A stretch of DNA of 64,000 bases, taken from assembly GCA_964016885.1 (NCBI GenBank), contig OZ024742.1, positions 41,912,001 through 41,976,000 of the forward strand, in the 5' to 3' direction. The notes below the pieces were generated by a model. It made no database searches. It was given only the letters and a program-made list of their open reading frames with translations, and was not told the DNA's origin. Numbering within the stretch: position 1 is the stretch's first letter; every line of letters begins with the position of its first letter. The DNA is from Eledone cirrhosa (Eukaryota). Made by a program: the position numbers and the translations under genes. Of this stretch, positions 50,530-63,762 are shown piece after piece.

Positions 50530-51800
50530 ACAAAGAATTAACGACAGTCAAGTTACAAATCTCAGGGCTGCCAGAGTCAATGTTGGCACCCTGAAAGGTA
50601 AATCAGGTGGCACTGTTAGAGAGAAGAGAAGTGGATGCATGCTGTGTAGAAGAGGGGAGCTGGAGGGGTGCCTTAGCGAGACTAAACTTTACTGGGCAGG
50701 AAATGATGATGGGGTTGGTGGTGCAGGCATTCTGCATGCTGAGAATTGGATAGATAACGTGACAGAGGTAGTTAGAGTAAGTGACAGAAATATTAAGCTT
50801 AAATAGCTGTAGGAAATAGAATGGTGGCAATTACATCTACCTATGTACTACAGCCAAGACTGAGTAAAGAACAAAAGGACAGGTTCCATGAGGAACTTTT
50901 ATTAACAACCTCAGATACTGATGAAAGAGATGTCAACATCTTGGCAGGTAACTTCAATGGATATGTTGGACAGTATTATGATGGAATCACTGAAATACAT
51001 GGTGGTTATGGTTATGGCTCAAGAAATGAAGAGGGGTTGAGGTTCCTAGAATTCTGTGGCACAAATGAACTAACTATTTGCAACAAATTTCAGGATACCA
51101 GCCAGCCACCTGATCTCACCAATCAAGTGACCACACAAGCCAGATTGAATTCTTATTTGTAAGACAAGGTAAATGGACTGTAATAAATGCTAAGGCCTTC
51201 CCTGAGGAAGAATGTGCTGCCCAACACAAGTTAGTTATTAGTGACATTAGAATAAACACAAGAGAGAACAAGATACACAGAACAAAACATGGAGATGGAG
51301 GGTTTGGAAGCTAAAGGACCTTTCTGTTAAATACAGGTTTAGAAAGGCCATACAGGATGCATTTGATGAGAGGGGAAACAAGCTAGATACATATAATGTA
51401 GAGGACAATTGGAAATTCCTACATGACAAACTTTTGTGAACTACTGATGAGACTTGTAGCTGGAGTATAGCACCAACCAGACAGAGAAGTTCCTAGCCAA
51501 GAATAAGCCACTATATTTAGTTGTTTTTTTTTATCAAGAAAAGGCCTTTGACAGAGAACCTCGATCTATTATCTAGTGGTTCTTATGGAAATTATGTGTA
51601 GAAGAATGGATTGTGAGAGCAGTGCAAGCCATGTATAGAGGAGTGGTTAGTAAAGTGAGAGTAGGAAGAGAGTTTAGAGAGGAATTCATGGTACAGGTAG
51701 GAGTTCATCAAGTTTGGGTTCTTAGCTCACAGCTATTCATCATAGATCTCCTGGCTATTACAGATGAGTTTAAGACTGGCTGTCCATGGGAACGACTCAA
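50530..51800 (+). mobile_element. Degraded, internally deleted RTE LINE (APE endonuclease plus part of RT)
   Basis: VNVGTL, GVGGAGIL, AGNFNGYVG, GYGYGSRNEEG, then a jump to KAFDR...VGVHQ...EFKTGCPWE. Confidence 0.85.
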
Positions 51801-51859
51801 AATTGGGGATAGAATAATTGGTATGTCCTTCAACACCTCTGTTAGTAATACCAGCATGC

Positions 51860-52260
51860 CAAGGAGCTAATACATTCTTGGTCTGGATTTGAAGTCTTCT
51901 GGTCTCAGTATCCCAATGTGCAAAAAGTTCCAGGAACGTTGCTACTCCATCGATAAGTTTCATCATCAAACTATCTTGTACGATGATGAGCTCATGGAAG
52001 AATTTTACAAACAAAAGAGAGAAGAGATGGATGAATATCTACTGACTGTACAGCTTTCTAGAGATCATTCCTGAGAAGATTATGCCAAGTTCATAAAGCT
52101 CTCCCTTTTCTATCTTGGTGGTTGGCCATTTCCCTAGTTTTCCTTTTCAGTCCCAGGAGCTTAGCACCAGACTCGTTGGATGGCCATATATGTGATGAAG
52201 ATAGTTCTGTTCCCGGTTATAAATTTCATTCATAAAAAGTGAGTAGTTAAGATACTAGTT
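51860..52260 (+). mobile_element. DNA transposase remnant, probably hAT-related (hATm-like)
   Basis: EDYAKFIKLSLFYLGG...FSVPGA*HQTRWMA resembles the PGAxHxxRWMA motif; superfamily assigned from recollection. Confidence 0.55.
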
Positions 52261-53456
52261 TATACATTATATGTCCAAACTTTATCATAACTACTGTTTT
52301 ATATGTAGAGATAAAACACCTAATTTATCAAATCAACAAGGAAGCTTCAATATAGTCACTCAACCTGCTAGAAATAACAGCTACTCTGGGCATAGTAGCC
52401 AATGTGAGGCCTGAGGGACTGAATGTAACAAGGATGTTGAGAAGATGAGAAATGAGTGAATCAAAAGTGCCCGAGTGGTGGTGGCTATAAGAAACAGAGA
52501 CAATTGTAGCAGTAGAAGAGTCAGTGAGAGGAGACAGCACATCTGTGAACAGAGGCTGGAGAATGTCTGATTGGCTGGGTGGCTTTTCTCTTGATGCGGT
52601 CCTGGATGTCAGTATGAATAACAACAGCACCATTTCAGATATGGGAGCAATGATCCATTGTGGGTTTCATGTGAGCCTTGTAGACAGTCATTAATTGTTG
52701 AGGGCTAAAATATTTTTTGGATCCAAAGAGAAGGGCCAGCCGTTGAGATGCAGTCTTCAGTGATCCCCAGTAATTCTGAGGCTTAGTATTTGAAGCAATC
52801 ATGAAAGCACTGATTGCACGCTGTTCATGCTGACGGATTTAAGGTGTAATGATGTTTTCTGGAAACGAATAGTGTTTGTATTTTGTCATAGCAAAATATA
52901 GGTTTATTGTTAGTGATGTACAGTTAAATTGTTATAATTAAATTGATGTAAACACTTAAATAAAGTAATATTAATTATACTAACAAAATGAAATACTAGA
53001 CATAAAACAACAATCGTATCTCCAGTTATAAAACAACTTTATTAGATTAAAAGTTTTATGTTGACAATAGAAAACAATAGCTATTGCTGATCTTACTTAA
53101 GATTACTGCAACTTTTTTCAAAAGATATTTTTTATTACCAATTTTAAATTTGTTCATAAAATTTAAAAGAAATCAAAAAGTCATAAAATAATGAACGGTA
53201 TTCACATTATAAAAAAATAAATAAGGAAATATCACAGTCTTAACTGCTAGAGCAATTTAAAAATAGGAACTCTGAAATGGTATGTATGCATCTTTTATAT
53301 ATGTGGGTATGTATTTATATGTAAAATGTGTGAATTAGTCAGGAAGAAGTCTTTTGAAAGTTATATTCAGTAATGTCTTGGTTAGTTCAGTGATAGCACT
53401 CACAGCATAGTATATTTCATTCTGTGGATCAACTTCTGAAAAATTATAAATACAAT

Positions 53457-53532
<76 letters not shown>

Positions 53533-53580
53533 AGATATACAATAATAATAATAATAATAATAAAAATAATAATTATAATA

Positions 53581-54360
53581 ACATGCCATGGGTAAATGGC
53601 AAACAATTCTGCTGATACAAACAAAAGATAAAACAATAAAAATAGAGCTTATCCCAATCAACAAAGGCATATTCCAATGAGACACCCTATCACCACTGCT
53701 TTTCTGCCTAACATTAACACCATTATTTGAAACACTAAACATAACTGGGCTTGGGTATAAATGCTGCAATGGGAAAATTAACCATCTCCTATATATGGAT
53801 GATCTAAAGCTGTATGCTACAAATGAAAAACAACTCCAAACACTGCTCCAAACTATACACGGATTCACAAAAGAAATAGGTATGACATTTGGATTAGAAA
53901 AATGTGCTAAGGCAACTCTGAAGAGAGGGAAACTATATTATAGTCAAAGACCACAAAGAAAAAAATCCTTCTAATAGAAGTATCTATCCTCACGATGACA
54001 ATATATCTTCCAAGGAAATAGAGAAACTCTCCAAATATAAATATCTAGAGATAGAAATAACTCAAATATGGAAAATGAAACAGAAACAATACCTATAATA
54101 ATAGGTGCTCTAGGAATGATAAAAAAACATACAGACAAATACATAGCCAAAACCTCAGGACTTACAAATATATACAGCATACAAAAGATAGCACTACTAT
54201 GCACTGCACACATATTACGAAAAGTACTATCAATACAATGGAAATAACATCAGCAAAAATGACACTGCTCATAGCCAAGGCACACAGAGCTGTGCTCAGT
54301 AAAGCAGTAATGATGCACAATAGAAATAATAATGGAAATAATAATAATAATAATAATAGT
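53581..54360 (+). mobile_element. Dong/R4-clade non-LTR retrotransposon fragment in a (TAA)n tract
   Basis: + frame GIFQ*DTLSPLLFC...HLLYMDDLKLY...GMTFGLEKCA, then EKLSKY...PIIIGALG...QKIALL.TAHILRKVL; (AAT)n on both sides. Confidence 0.85.
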
Positions 54361-54459
54361 AACAGAGAATTATTTAATATCAAAACAAAACTAATCAACA
54401 ATAACTGAAATATAAATTTAAGGCATTGTATGCAACACTCTACCTCCCTAGACTGACAT

Positions 54460-54800
54460 TTTATTTAACAACCCTAAAATGGTTAAAGGCAAAGTTGAAC
54501 TCAATAGGATGACAACTCAGAATATAGAGAGCCAGAACAAATACCTCGATACATTTTGTCCAACACTGTAATGACTCATCCAATTCACCACCTATGTAAA
54601 TAATTGTTTCTACTTTAGGCACAAGGCCAGCACTTACCCAGTGCATTACTGGTACTTTATTTTATCGACCCCGTAAGGATGAAAGGCAAAGTCAACCTCG
54701 GCGGGATTTGAACTCAGATCGTAAAGGGACATAACTATGCTGGAAAGCATGGCGTCCGACTCTCTACCGATACTGCCAATCCACCACCTATGTAAATAAT
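54460..54800 (-). mobile_element. Young family A SINE (54605-54788) inserted next to an older copy (54460-54590)
   Basis: Flanking direct repeat CACCACCTATGTAAATAAT at 54586-54604 and 54782-54800. Confidence 0.85.
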
Positions 54801-55601
54801 GAACTTAAAAAGATACTTTAAAATTTTAACATCTGCAGTTTATTCATTAGATTGCTGACACATGCACACACACATATGCACAACTGTTGGCCATCCAGCC
54901 ATCTACTGCTTTTATTGAAAGTGATTCAATAGGTGAGTAAGGTGTATAGAAAAAAAATGCCATAGCTAATCACTCATAGTGGCCTGGTCATGGCTGGGGT
55001 GTGACCGTCATCAAGAGCATGACTATTCCCAGAGCAGCATCTCATAACTTACACCTTTGAATCCTGACACCTCAACAGAGTATTGCAACCTGAGACAACT
55101 TTAATGATTGAAGTAAAAATATTTGTTGGTGGTGTTGGTGTTGGGATAAAGAACACATACAAATGTATGATTCTTGGTGGAAATAGAACTTTATTGATTA
55201 TCCTTTCCATATCAACAGAAAATAAAATAATATTGTAATTTGATGTCTTAAAAATATCAAGTTTCTGAATACAACATGAGATGCTGTGATTGACAATGAG
55301 AACATTGACAAGGGAAAAAGATCTTTAGTCATCAGTCTCAAATACAGACACATACAGAAATAATAAAAACATAACTTCTTGGGTCTATGTTATTTTTGTA
55401 AAAATAGTTCTCATCGTTGTTATAGGTTCATCTTACCAAGTGATGCTCACTAAAGTGCTTAGTTATTCCAGTGTGTGTGTGTGTGCGTGTGCATGTGTGT
55501 GTGTATGTCAGTGCATGTGTCTAAGTTTGAGTCTAGAGGTTCAACAAAAATAGAGATCAATAAAATAGGTATCAAACTTTAAAAAATAATTACTGGGGTC
55601 G

Positions 55602-55604
<3 letters not shown>

Positions 55605-55649
<45 letters not shown>

Positions 55650-56832
55650 AATTATTGTGTACAATGCTCAGGTGCACTATAACTCATCAAAGGTGTATGT
55701 ATGGCACATAGAATAATATACAAATGTCAGGGAAGTGAATAATGTATGTCATGATATACATGTGTGCGTGTGTATGGAGGGGGAATATTAGGTGTAGTGT
55801 TAGCAAATCTCAGGAAGCATGGAGGTTTTAAAGGATGCAGTGTCTCGACAGCTAATAACTGATGCAGGTAATTTGTTCTATGCTTCAGCAACTCTGAGTG
55901 TGGGAAAATATTTCCGAAACTCATGGGTGCTGTGTTGTTTTCTGACTTTGTGGGCATGCCCACGTCTGTTAGACACATGGAAATCAAAAAGGTACTCAGG
56001 GTTGTTGTTGGCAAGATGGTTAACAATTTTGTGGGTGTTTACCAAGTCAGTTGCCAGATGTCGGAGCTTCAATGTATCCATGCCCAGGGAAGCAAGGCGT
56101 TCAGAGTATGGTAGATGCCTGATGGAGGGTATTCGCTTGGTTGCACATCTCAGAACAGTTTCCAGGCGGTCAATGTTCTGAGCAAGATAGGGGTTCCAGA
56201 CTGGTGATGCAAATTCTAAGTGTGGCCGCACCATAGCTATATACAGCTTTAAATAGATAGCTGGAGAGCGGCTGATAAAGGTCTTGCTGAGTGATGCTAA
56301 GACACCCTCGGCCTTATTGACAATTTTAGAGACATGCTTCATCCAATGCAAATCACTGCTGACAGGAATGCCCAGGTCACATTCACAAGAAGACTTCTTG
56401 ATATTAGTGTTCTGGAGGGAGTATGTGGATGCTGGGTTTTTACTCCCAAAATACATGGTGGTACACTTGTCCACAGCCAGCTTGAGTTGCCAGTCCGTGA
56501 TCCATTGTTGCATTGTGTCTAGGTCAGATTGCAGGCAAGATCTATAGTGTTCAGGATCTGTCCTTTTTATCTCAAGATACAGCTTGATGTCATCTGCATA
56601 TTTTAGTACTGTGGAATTCTTTAAGTTGGCATCTATGTCATTAATATATGTCACAAACAAAAGTGGGCCCAGAACAGATCCCTGTCGTACACCAGATGAC
56701 ATCTAATACGGTGAGGAATGCTGTCCTAGAACTGTGACTACCTCTCTTCGACTGAGAATGAAGGACTTCAACCAGTTAAAAAGATCATCCTTCACACCGA
56801 TTGCAGAGAGTTTTGCCATAAGTCTTTTGTAT
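55605..56832 (-). mobile_element. 5'-truncated CR1-clade LINE, inserted into a SINE tail
   Basis: ORF 55878..56702: GVRQGSVLGPLLF, YADD, VRPHLEFASPVWNPY; (ATT)n tail. Flanks rejoin to GGGGTCGATATGATCAACTAAA, as seen near 57752. Confidence 0.93.
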
Positions 56833-57489
56833 GATCAACTAAATCCCTTTAATGTGCATCATGACTGAAACTAATAAAAAAGCAAAAGAGTGTATTGTAA
56901 AAACTCATTTTTATTGTTTTTTACCTCAAACTATGATCTGATTTATTAGTTATATTGCTATAGAGCTACCAACATAATTAGCTCTATCTACGATATTATA
57001 CCTGATAGCAACATTTCCTCTAATTTTTCCCAACCACTGAACAGTATGTTTGAGGCTTTGCGCAAAAATATTTTAAATTCAAACCTACTGTACTGCAATA
57101 TTTGAAAGCTACTGAGTGGCAATATTTTGATATGCATGGCATCATCACTGTGACTGTGCAGCTGTGCACATGCACATCTTAGTGGGAGTATTGCCTGATA
57201 GTGATGCTAATCCATTAGTCATCAGAGTTAAGTGACATATAGAAAATTCTGTTAATCCCATCCCAAGTCCTTAATCAGCCTTTAGCAATTCTAAAATATT
57301 AGAATAGTAGCATTTTTCAAAAAATCATAATCCTCTCCATTGGTCATTTAATTCGATGAAATAGCTATAGCCTTTTGGGTTTATTTTTATTTTTCATTCA
57401 AATTCCTTATTTAATTATTTGCTTCTATAATTTTTTTCTTCTAATTGTCATTAATTATTAATACATCTGAGAAGACTTTCACTCCAATA

Positions 57490-57835
57490 TAGTGATAGCC
57501 ATAGCTGTATAGTTAAGTAGTTCTCTTTGAAACCACATAGTTTCAGGTTCTATTCCACCTTGGGAAAGTATCTTCTACTATAGTTCTGGTTGATCAATGC
57601 CTTGTGAGTAAAATTTGATAGACAGAAGCTGTGTGGAAGCCTGTTATGTGTGTGTGTGTTTATGTGTAGTGCTTGTTTATGTCTTATAACTTAGCAGTTC
57701 AACAAAAGTGATTGATAAAATAGGTACCAGAAAGATTTGAAAAATAAGTACTGGGGTTGATATGATCAACAAAAACCCTTCAACACAATACTCCAGCATG
57801 ACTGTAGTCAAATGACTGAAACTAGTAAAACAATA
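57490..57835 (+). mobile_element. Family B SINE, full length
   Basis: Head, body, (GT)n and tail ...GACTGAAACTAGTAAAA. Confidence 0.75.
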
Positions 57836-59227
57836 ATATTCTTATAATGGTTTTTCATCATATACCTGGCTATCTTGAATATTTTCCATAGTTTTCTTCT
57901 TTATATCAGTATGTTTACAATAAATTGAACAACATTTCTCAGGTTTCTCTTTGAGGTGCCCCCTATGGACTCTGCTTGATAATGGATGGTAAAGCCGAAA
58001 ATATTTGGGATCATTAAAATTACTAAAGTAACTTTCTATCGTGCTCACACTTTTATCTCAGTTCTTTAGACGTTCAATCATCTGGCAGGAAGGTATACGG
58101 TGCTGACGATAGCTAATAAGCTTGAAACTAGTACATCGTTCCTTTGCCAGTGTTGAACAAAAGGGCAACGATGGTTGCTAAACACTGTACGGCTTAATTC
58201 GGGATGTTTGTTTACAAACAAACCGAGCATTATAATAAATGTTTGGTAAATCCATACATACATATATATATGTGTGCATGTATGTATATATATACATACT
58301 ATTGTATGTCTGTATACATATATGTATGTACGTATACATACTTATATCTTTAGTTTTGTTTTTTCTTTTCTCTATCTATTTTTCTCAAATTCTTATTACC
58401 TTGACACTTATATCTCACACACATTTCTGGGTTTCCAAATAAACAAACTTATTTCCTAGTTGTATTTGTATCAAATATCACATTTCTAATAGAAGACACT
58501 GTTTATGTTTTTCAATTTATTTTGAAAATAATAAAAAATTTTGAGGGTTTTATAGCTAACTTTCTCATTATTAACTTGGTGTTTAAAGCATAACTTAACA
58601 AAATGTTCACATAAAATTCTGATGGAAGGTTTGTAATTAAACACTTTAAAACAAAGTTTTTTTTATCACAAAACCAGGAGCAGTTTCAGGTAATTTGTTA
58701 TCAAAAGGGCTAAAACAGTATGCTTACAAATATATATATTGTTCTATCTTTGATCTCTCATTTGTCATATATATTTTTCATCCTTTTATTATCATATAAT
58801 GTATTAGTAAAATTAATTAATTTAATTACATTAACATAAAACTAAATAAATTCAAAATAATAAATTAGACTATCTGAATAAATAATACTACCTGGGTCAT
58901 TGTATAAATGTAGATCCATTATAAGTCTTTGATACATATCCATCATTGTATTTAGCAACATAGTTCTATCTTTTGGTTGCTTCATAACTTCTAATATTTT
59001 CCACAAAGATGATACAACATAGTTGATATTAAAATTATTTTTAACACAAACCTGCAGGAGACAGAAACAAAGATGTATATATAATAGCAGCTATATCTTT
59101 CTTCAAAGAAGGAATTATTTTTCTATTTCATGAAATTCTAATCATATTTAATATATTAATATATTACTTACTAACACCTTCATTTCATATTTCTAATGAA
59201 AAACACTGCCTATAGATTTGGAGAGAT

Positions 59228-60490
59228 TTAGCCGAAAGGAAGTAGTCACGGTTCTAGGACAGCATTCTTCACCATATGAGATGTCATCTGGTGTACCACA
59301 GGGATCTGTTCTTGGTCCTCTTTTGTTTGTGGCATATATTAATGACATAGATGCCAACTTATAGAATGCCACGGTACTAAAATATGCAGATGACATCAAG
59401 CTGTACCTTGAAATCAAAAGGACTGATCCTGAAATTTACAACTCTTTCCTACAATCAGACCTGGACACAATGCAGCAATGGATCACAGACTGGCAACTAA
59501 AGCTGGCTGTGGACAAGTGTACTACCATGCATTTTGGAAGGAAAAATCCAGCGTCCACATACTCCCTCCACAACACTGACATCAAAAAGTCCTCTTGTGA
59601 ACATGACCTGGGCATTACTGTCAGCAACGATTTGCGTTGGACAAAGCATGTCTCTAAGATTGTCAAGAAGGCCGAGGGTGTCTTGGCATCACTCAGCAAG
59701 ACCTTTGTTAGCCGCTCTCCAGCCATCTATTTAAAACTGTATATAGCTATGGTGCGACCACACTTGGAATTCGCATCATCAGTCTGGAACCCCTATCTTG
59801 CTCGGAACATTGACCTCCTGGAAACTGTTCAGAGACGTGCAACCAAGCGCATACCCTCCATCAGACACCTACCATACTCTGAACGCCTTGCTTCCCTGGG
59901 CATGGATTCATTGAAGCTCCGACGTCTGGCAATGGACTTGGTGAATACCCACAAAGTTTTTAACCATCTCGCCAACTGCAACCCTGAGCGCCTCTTTGAT
60001 CTCCATGTGTCTAACACACGTGGACATGCCTACAAGATAAGAAAACAGCACAGCTCCCATGACTTTCGCAGACATTTTTTCACGCTCAGAGTTGCTGAAG
60101 CATGGAACAAACTGCCTGCGTCAATTGTTAGCTGCCGAGACACTGCATCCTTTAAGACACTCATGCTTCCCGAAATACGCCAAAACTACACCTGATGTGC
60201 CCCTTCCATACACACACATGCACACATGTGTATATCATGACTCGTGCACTGTTCATTTTACTGATGTTTGTGCATTGCCCTATGTACTGTACATGCACTT
60301 TTTTGATGGGTTGTGGTGCACCTGGGCACTGTGCACAATATTTCATTATTGTTATTGTTATTATATCATGACTCATACACTGTTTATTTTCCTGACATTT
60401 GTACATTATTCTATGTACAATACATGCACCTTTGATGAGTTGTAGTGCACCTGAGCACTGTACACAATAATTTCATTATTATTATTATAA
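59228..60490 (+). mobile_element. 5'-truncated CR1-clade LINE plus an extra 3' UTR copy (60362-60490)
   Basis: GVPQGSVLGPLLF, an in-frame stop near 59362, YADD, ORF 59470..60195, and two successive 3' UTR/(ATT)n ends. Confidence 0.93.
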
Positions 60491-61974
60491 CTCTCTCATT
60501 AGTAAGTTGGTATTTGGAATATAACCTAACAAAGGTTCTTACATAAAACTATCAGTTTTGTATCATAAAACTAAAGGTAGTTTCCGGCAGGTTGCTATCA
60601 AAAGAGTTAAAACTTAGAAAACCAAGAATATTCACATACTTGTGAACTATATGTTAATATCAGCCAACTTTGTCATAAGTTATGAAACTCAAGAATAAAT
60701 AAACCAGTAAGCATGGCTTACAGGTTTCTTGAGAAATAAAAAGTAGAAGTTAAAAATCTAGTGGAGTTTTTTCTATAAACCCATTAATTGCTTTAGTATG
60801 GCCCCAATTTGAAACCAGTAAAAAAGTAGTTCAATGAAATGAGTCATCAGGTTCAGTGGATGAATAGAATATCACTCAAAGAGAGAAGAAAAACAATGAA
60901 TTGCAAAAGATGATGAGAACAATGTTGATAAGATGTAATGAGATGGTTGGATCATGCTTTGAGGAAGGATGAAAGTGACTGGGTAAAAGGAATGAATAAA
61001 AACGTGGCTAAAGATGGAAGCTATGGGATTGGGGGGGGGGGGGGGTAATGCAGTTGATAGGGCAAAGTGAGGATTCTTGTCATGAAGTCCACATGCTTTA
61101 GCAGGGAAAATAGCTTTTAAAAATGTGTGTCTTCATATTACTAAGCTCCTTAGTTTTGTAAACATCAAATTCTGATTGGAAACAAGAATAACAACTACAA
61201 TGAAACTTTGGTGTAATATGCTTTAGTTTTCAAATATTTAATTTAAAATAATTCATACCATGTATGTTTGTATTATCATCATCATCATTGCAACCATTTA
61301 ATGTCTATTTTCCATGCTTGCATGGGTTAGACAGCTAAACACGCCAGGTAACCATGTCCTATTCATATGATACATTTTGCGCTTGGTTTCCTATGACTAG
61401 ATGCCCTTCCTACTGTCAACCACTTTACAGCGTGGACTTGGAGCTTTTTTCGTGGCACCAGCACTATCACCTTACATGATGGACTAGGCGCTTTTTCTCG
61501 TAGCACCAGCAATACCTCATTACAACATTAAGGTGCCTGGTGTCAGACTGAGGAGAGATTGATGTGAGTGGGGGAGTATAACAGTGAAATGAAGGAAGAC
61601 TATATGCTGCTTGCTGACAGGAGAGACATCCCACCATGGGAGAAGGAAGCGCCAGGTCATGGGAATGACACTGAGACTGGTGGGTTTTGGCTTGTGTTTG
61701 ATGGGAAAGGTGAGTCAGAGATGTGAGTGAGAAGGGAGGGGGACTTAGACAGGGTGAGAAAGGTAAATCAGAGAAATCTGCTCTAAATTTACATGCCGGT
61801 GTTGGTTGGACAGGTGAGCATGGGGGTGGGGGAGAAGCAGGGTATGAGTGCGTAGGAGATAGCAGATGGAGTATACTAATAGGGAGGCACCAAAATGCTC
61901 CACTTCTCTGGGTTTAAGATGGGGGATGATGGATAGGAGGGGAATCAGGACCGTATTGGCAAAAGAGATCATCT

Positions 61975-62098
61975 TATATAATAATGATAATAATAATAAT
62001 AATGAAATATTGTGTACAGTGCTCAGCTGCACTACAACTCATCAAAAAGTGTATGTATAGTACATAGGGTAATGTACAAACATCAGGAAAATGAACAT
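61975..62098 (-). mobile_element. CR1 3' UTR fragment
   Basis: Reverse complement of 60380-60490 with (TAA)n. Confidence 0.85.
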
Positions 62099-62099
62099 C

Positions 62100-62460
62100 T
62101 TCTCCATGCTTGCTTTATCCCACTTGCATGGATGGTGAGTCTTCTGCAGTAAGGCATGTTGCCAGTCATTTCAATCTTAGGTGTCCCCTACATGAGGTTC
62201 AGCATGAGGGTCAGTCTTCACTGTATCATCCCATGTTTTCCTAAGTCTTCTCCTTCTATAGGTTCCATCAACTTCAAGTGCTCTACTTTATGTAACTATC
62301 ATCTCTTTATGTAACTGTCATTTCTTTATGTAACTGTCATCTCTCATACACATGATCTGTCCATAATCCTGTATACTGCATCTGATCCCTCTTGTGCACA
62401 GTTCTTCATTCAACTCAATGATGCTACATTGTTTATGTATTACACATCCAATCTTTGTGA
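62100..62460 (-). mobile_element. Degraded RTE C-terminal remnant
   Basis: Minus strand reads GRLRKTWD; contains an ~18-bp triplication at 62285-62345. Confidence 0.6.
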
Positions 62461-62661
62461 GTCTTCCACACACTAAGCCCAAGTTTCATTTTAATGCCAC
62501 ATTTCCATTTGCACACAAGCAAATTTATTTATTTATCCATGTATATTTATATATCTCCATCTGTAGCTCTTTAAAATTGACACACACCCATACACAATGC
62601 ATTACCTATCTCAGTTATGTTACTATAATGACAAGTTTGCTTTTCAATCACATGGAAGAAG

Positions 62662-62690
<29 letters not shown>

Positions 62691-62692
<2 letters not shown>

Positions 62693-63636
62693 CCTTCATT
62701 CTCAGTCGAAGAGAGGTAGTCACGGTTCTGGGACAGCATTCCTCACCATATGAGATGTCATCTGGTGTACCTCAGGGATCTGTTCTTGGCCCCCTTTTGT
62801 TTGTGGCATATATTAATGACATAGATGCCAACTTAAGGAATGCCACAGTACTAAAGTACGCAGACGACATCAAGCTGTACCTTGAGATAAAAAGGACAGA
62901 TCCTGAACACTATAGATCTTACTTGCAGTCTGACCTGGACACAATGCAACAGTGGATCTCAGACTGGCAACTCAAGCTAGCTGTGGACAAGTGCACCACC
63001 ATGCATTTTGGGAGTAAAAACCCAGCGTCCACATACTCCCTCCACAGCACTAATATCAAGAAGTCTTCCTGTGAACGTGACCTAGGCATTACGGTCAGCA
63101 GCGATTTGCGTTGGACGAGGCACGTCTCTAAAATTGTCAAGAGGGCCGAGGGTGTCTTAGCATCACTCAGCAAGACCTTTGTCAGCCGCTCTCCAGATAT
63201 CTATTTAAGGCTGTATACAGCTATGGTGCGACCACACTTAGAATTTGCATCACCAGTCTGGAACCCCTATCTTGCTCAGGACATTGACCGCCTGGAAACT
63301 GTTCAGAGACGTGCAACCAAGCGAATACCCTCCATCAGGCATCTACCATACTCTGAGCGCCTTGCTTCCCTGGGCATGGATTCATTGAAGCTCCGACGCC
63401 TGGCAACTGACTTGGTAAACACCCACAAAATTGTTAACCATGTTGCCAACAACAACCCTGAGTGCCTTTTCGATTTCCATGTGTCTAACACACGTGGACA
63501 TGCCCACAAAGTAAGAAAACAGCACAGTTCCCATGACTTTCGGAAACATTTTTTCACGCTCAGAGTTGCTGAAGCATGGAACAAACTACCTGCATCAGTT
63601 GTTAGCTGTCGAGACACTGCATCCTTTAAGGCCTCC
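62691..63636 (+). mobile_element. CR1-clade LINE fragment with an uninterrupted RT C-terminal half, lacking the 3' UTR
   Basis: ORF 62755..63801 with GVPQGSVLGPLLF and YADD; flanked by (GAA)n on both sides. Confidence 0.93.
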
Positions 63637-63762
63637 AAGAAGAAGAAAAAGAAGAAGGAGGAGGAGGAGGAGGAGGAGGAGGAGGAGGAGAAGAAGAAGA
63701 AGAAGAAGAAGAAGAAGAAGAAGAAGAAGAAGAAGAAGAAGAAGAAGAAGAAGAAGAAGAAA
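63637..63762. repeat. (GAA)n/(GAG)n polypurine microsatellite
   Basis: About 125 bp of purines only. Confidence 0.98.
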
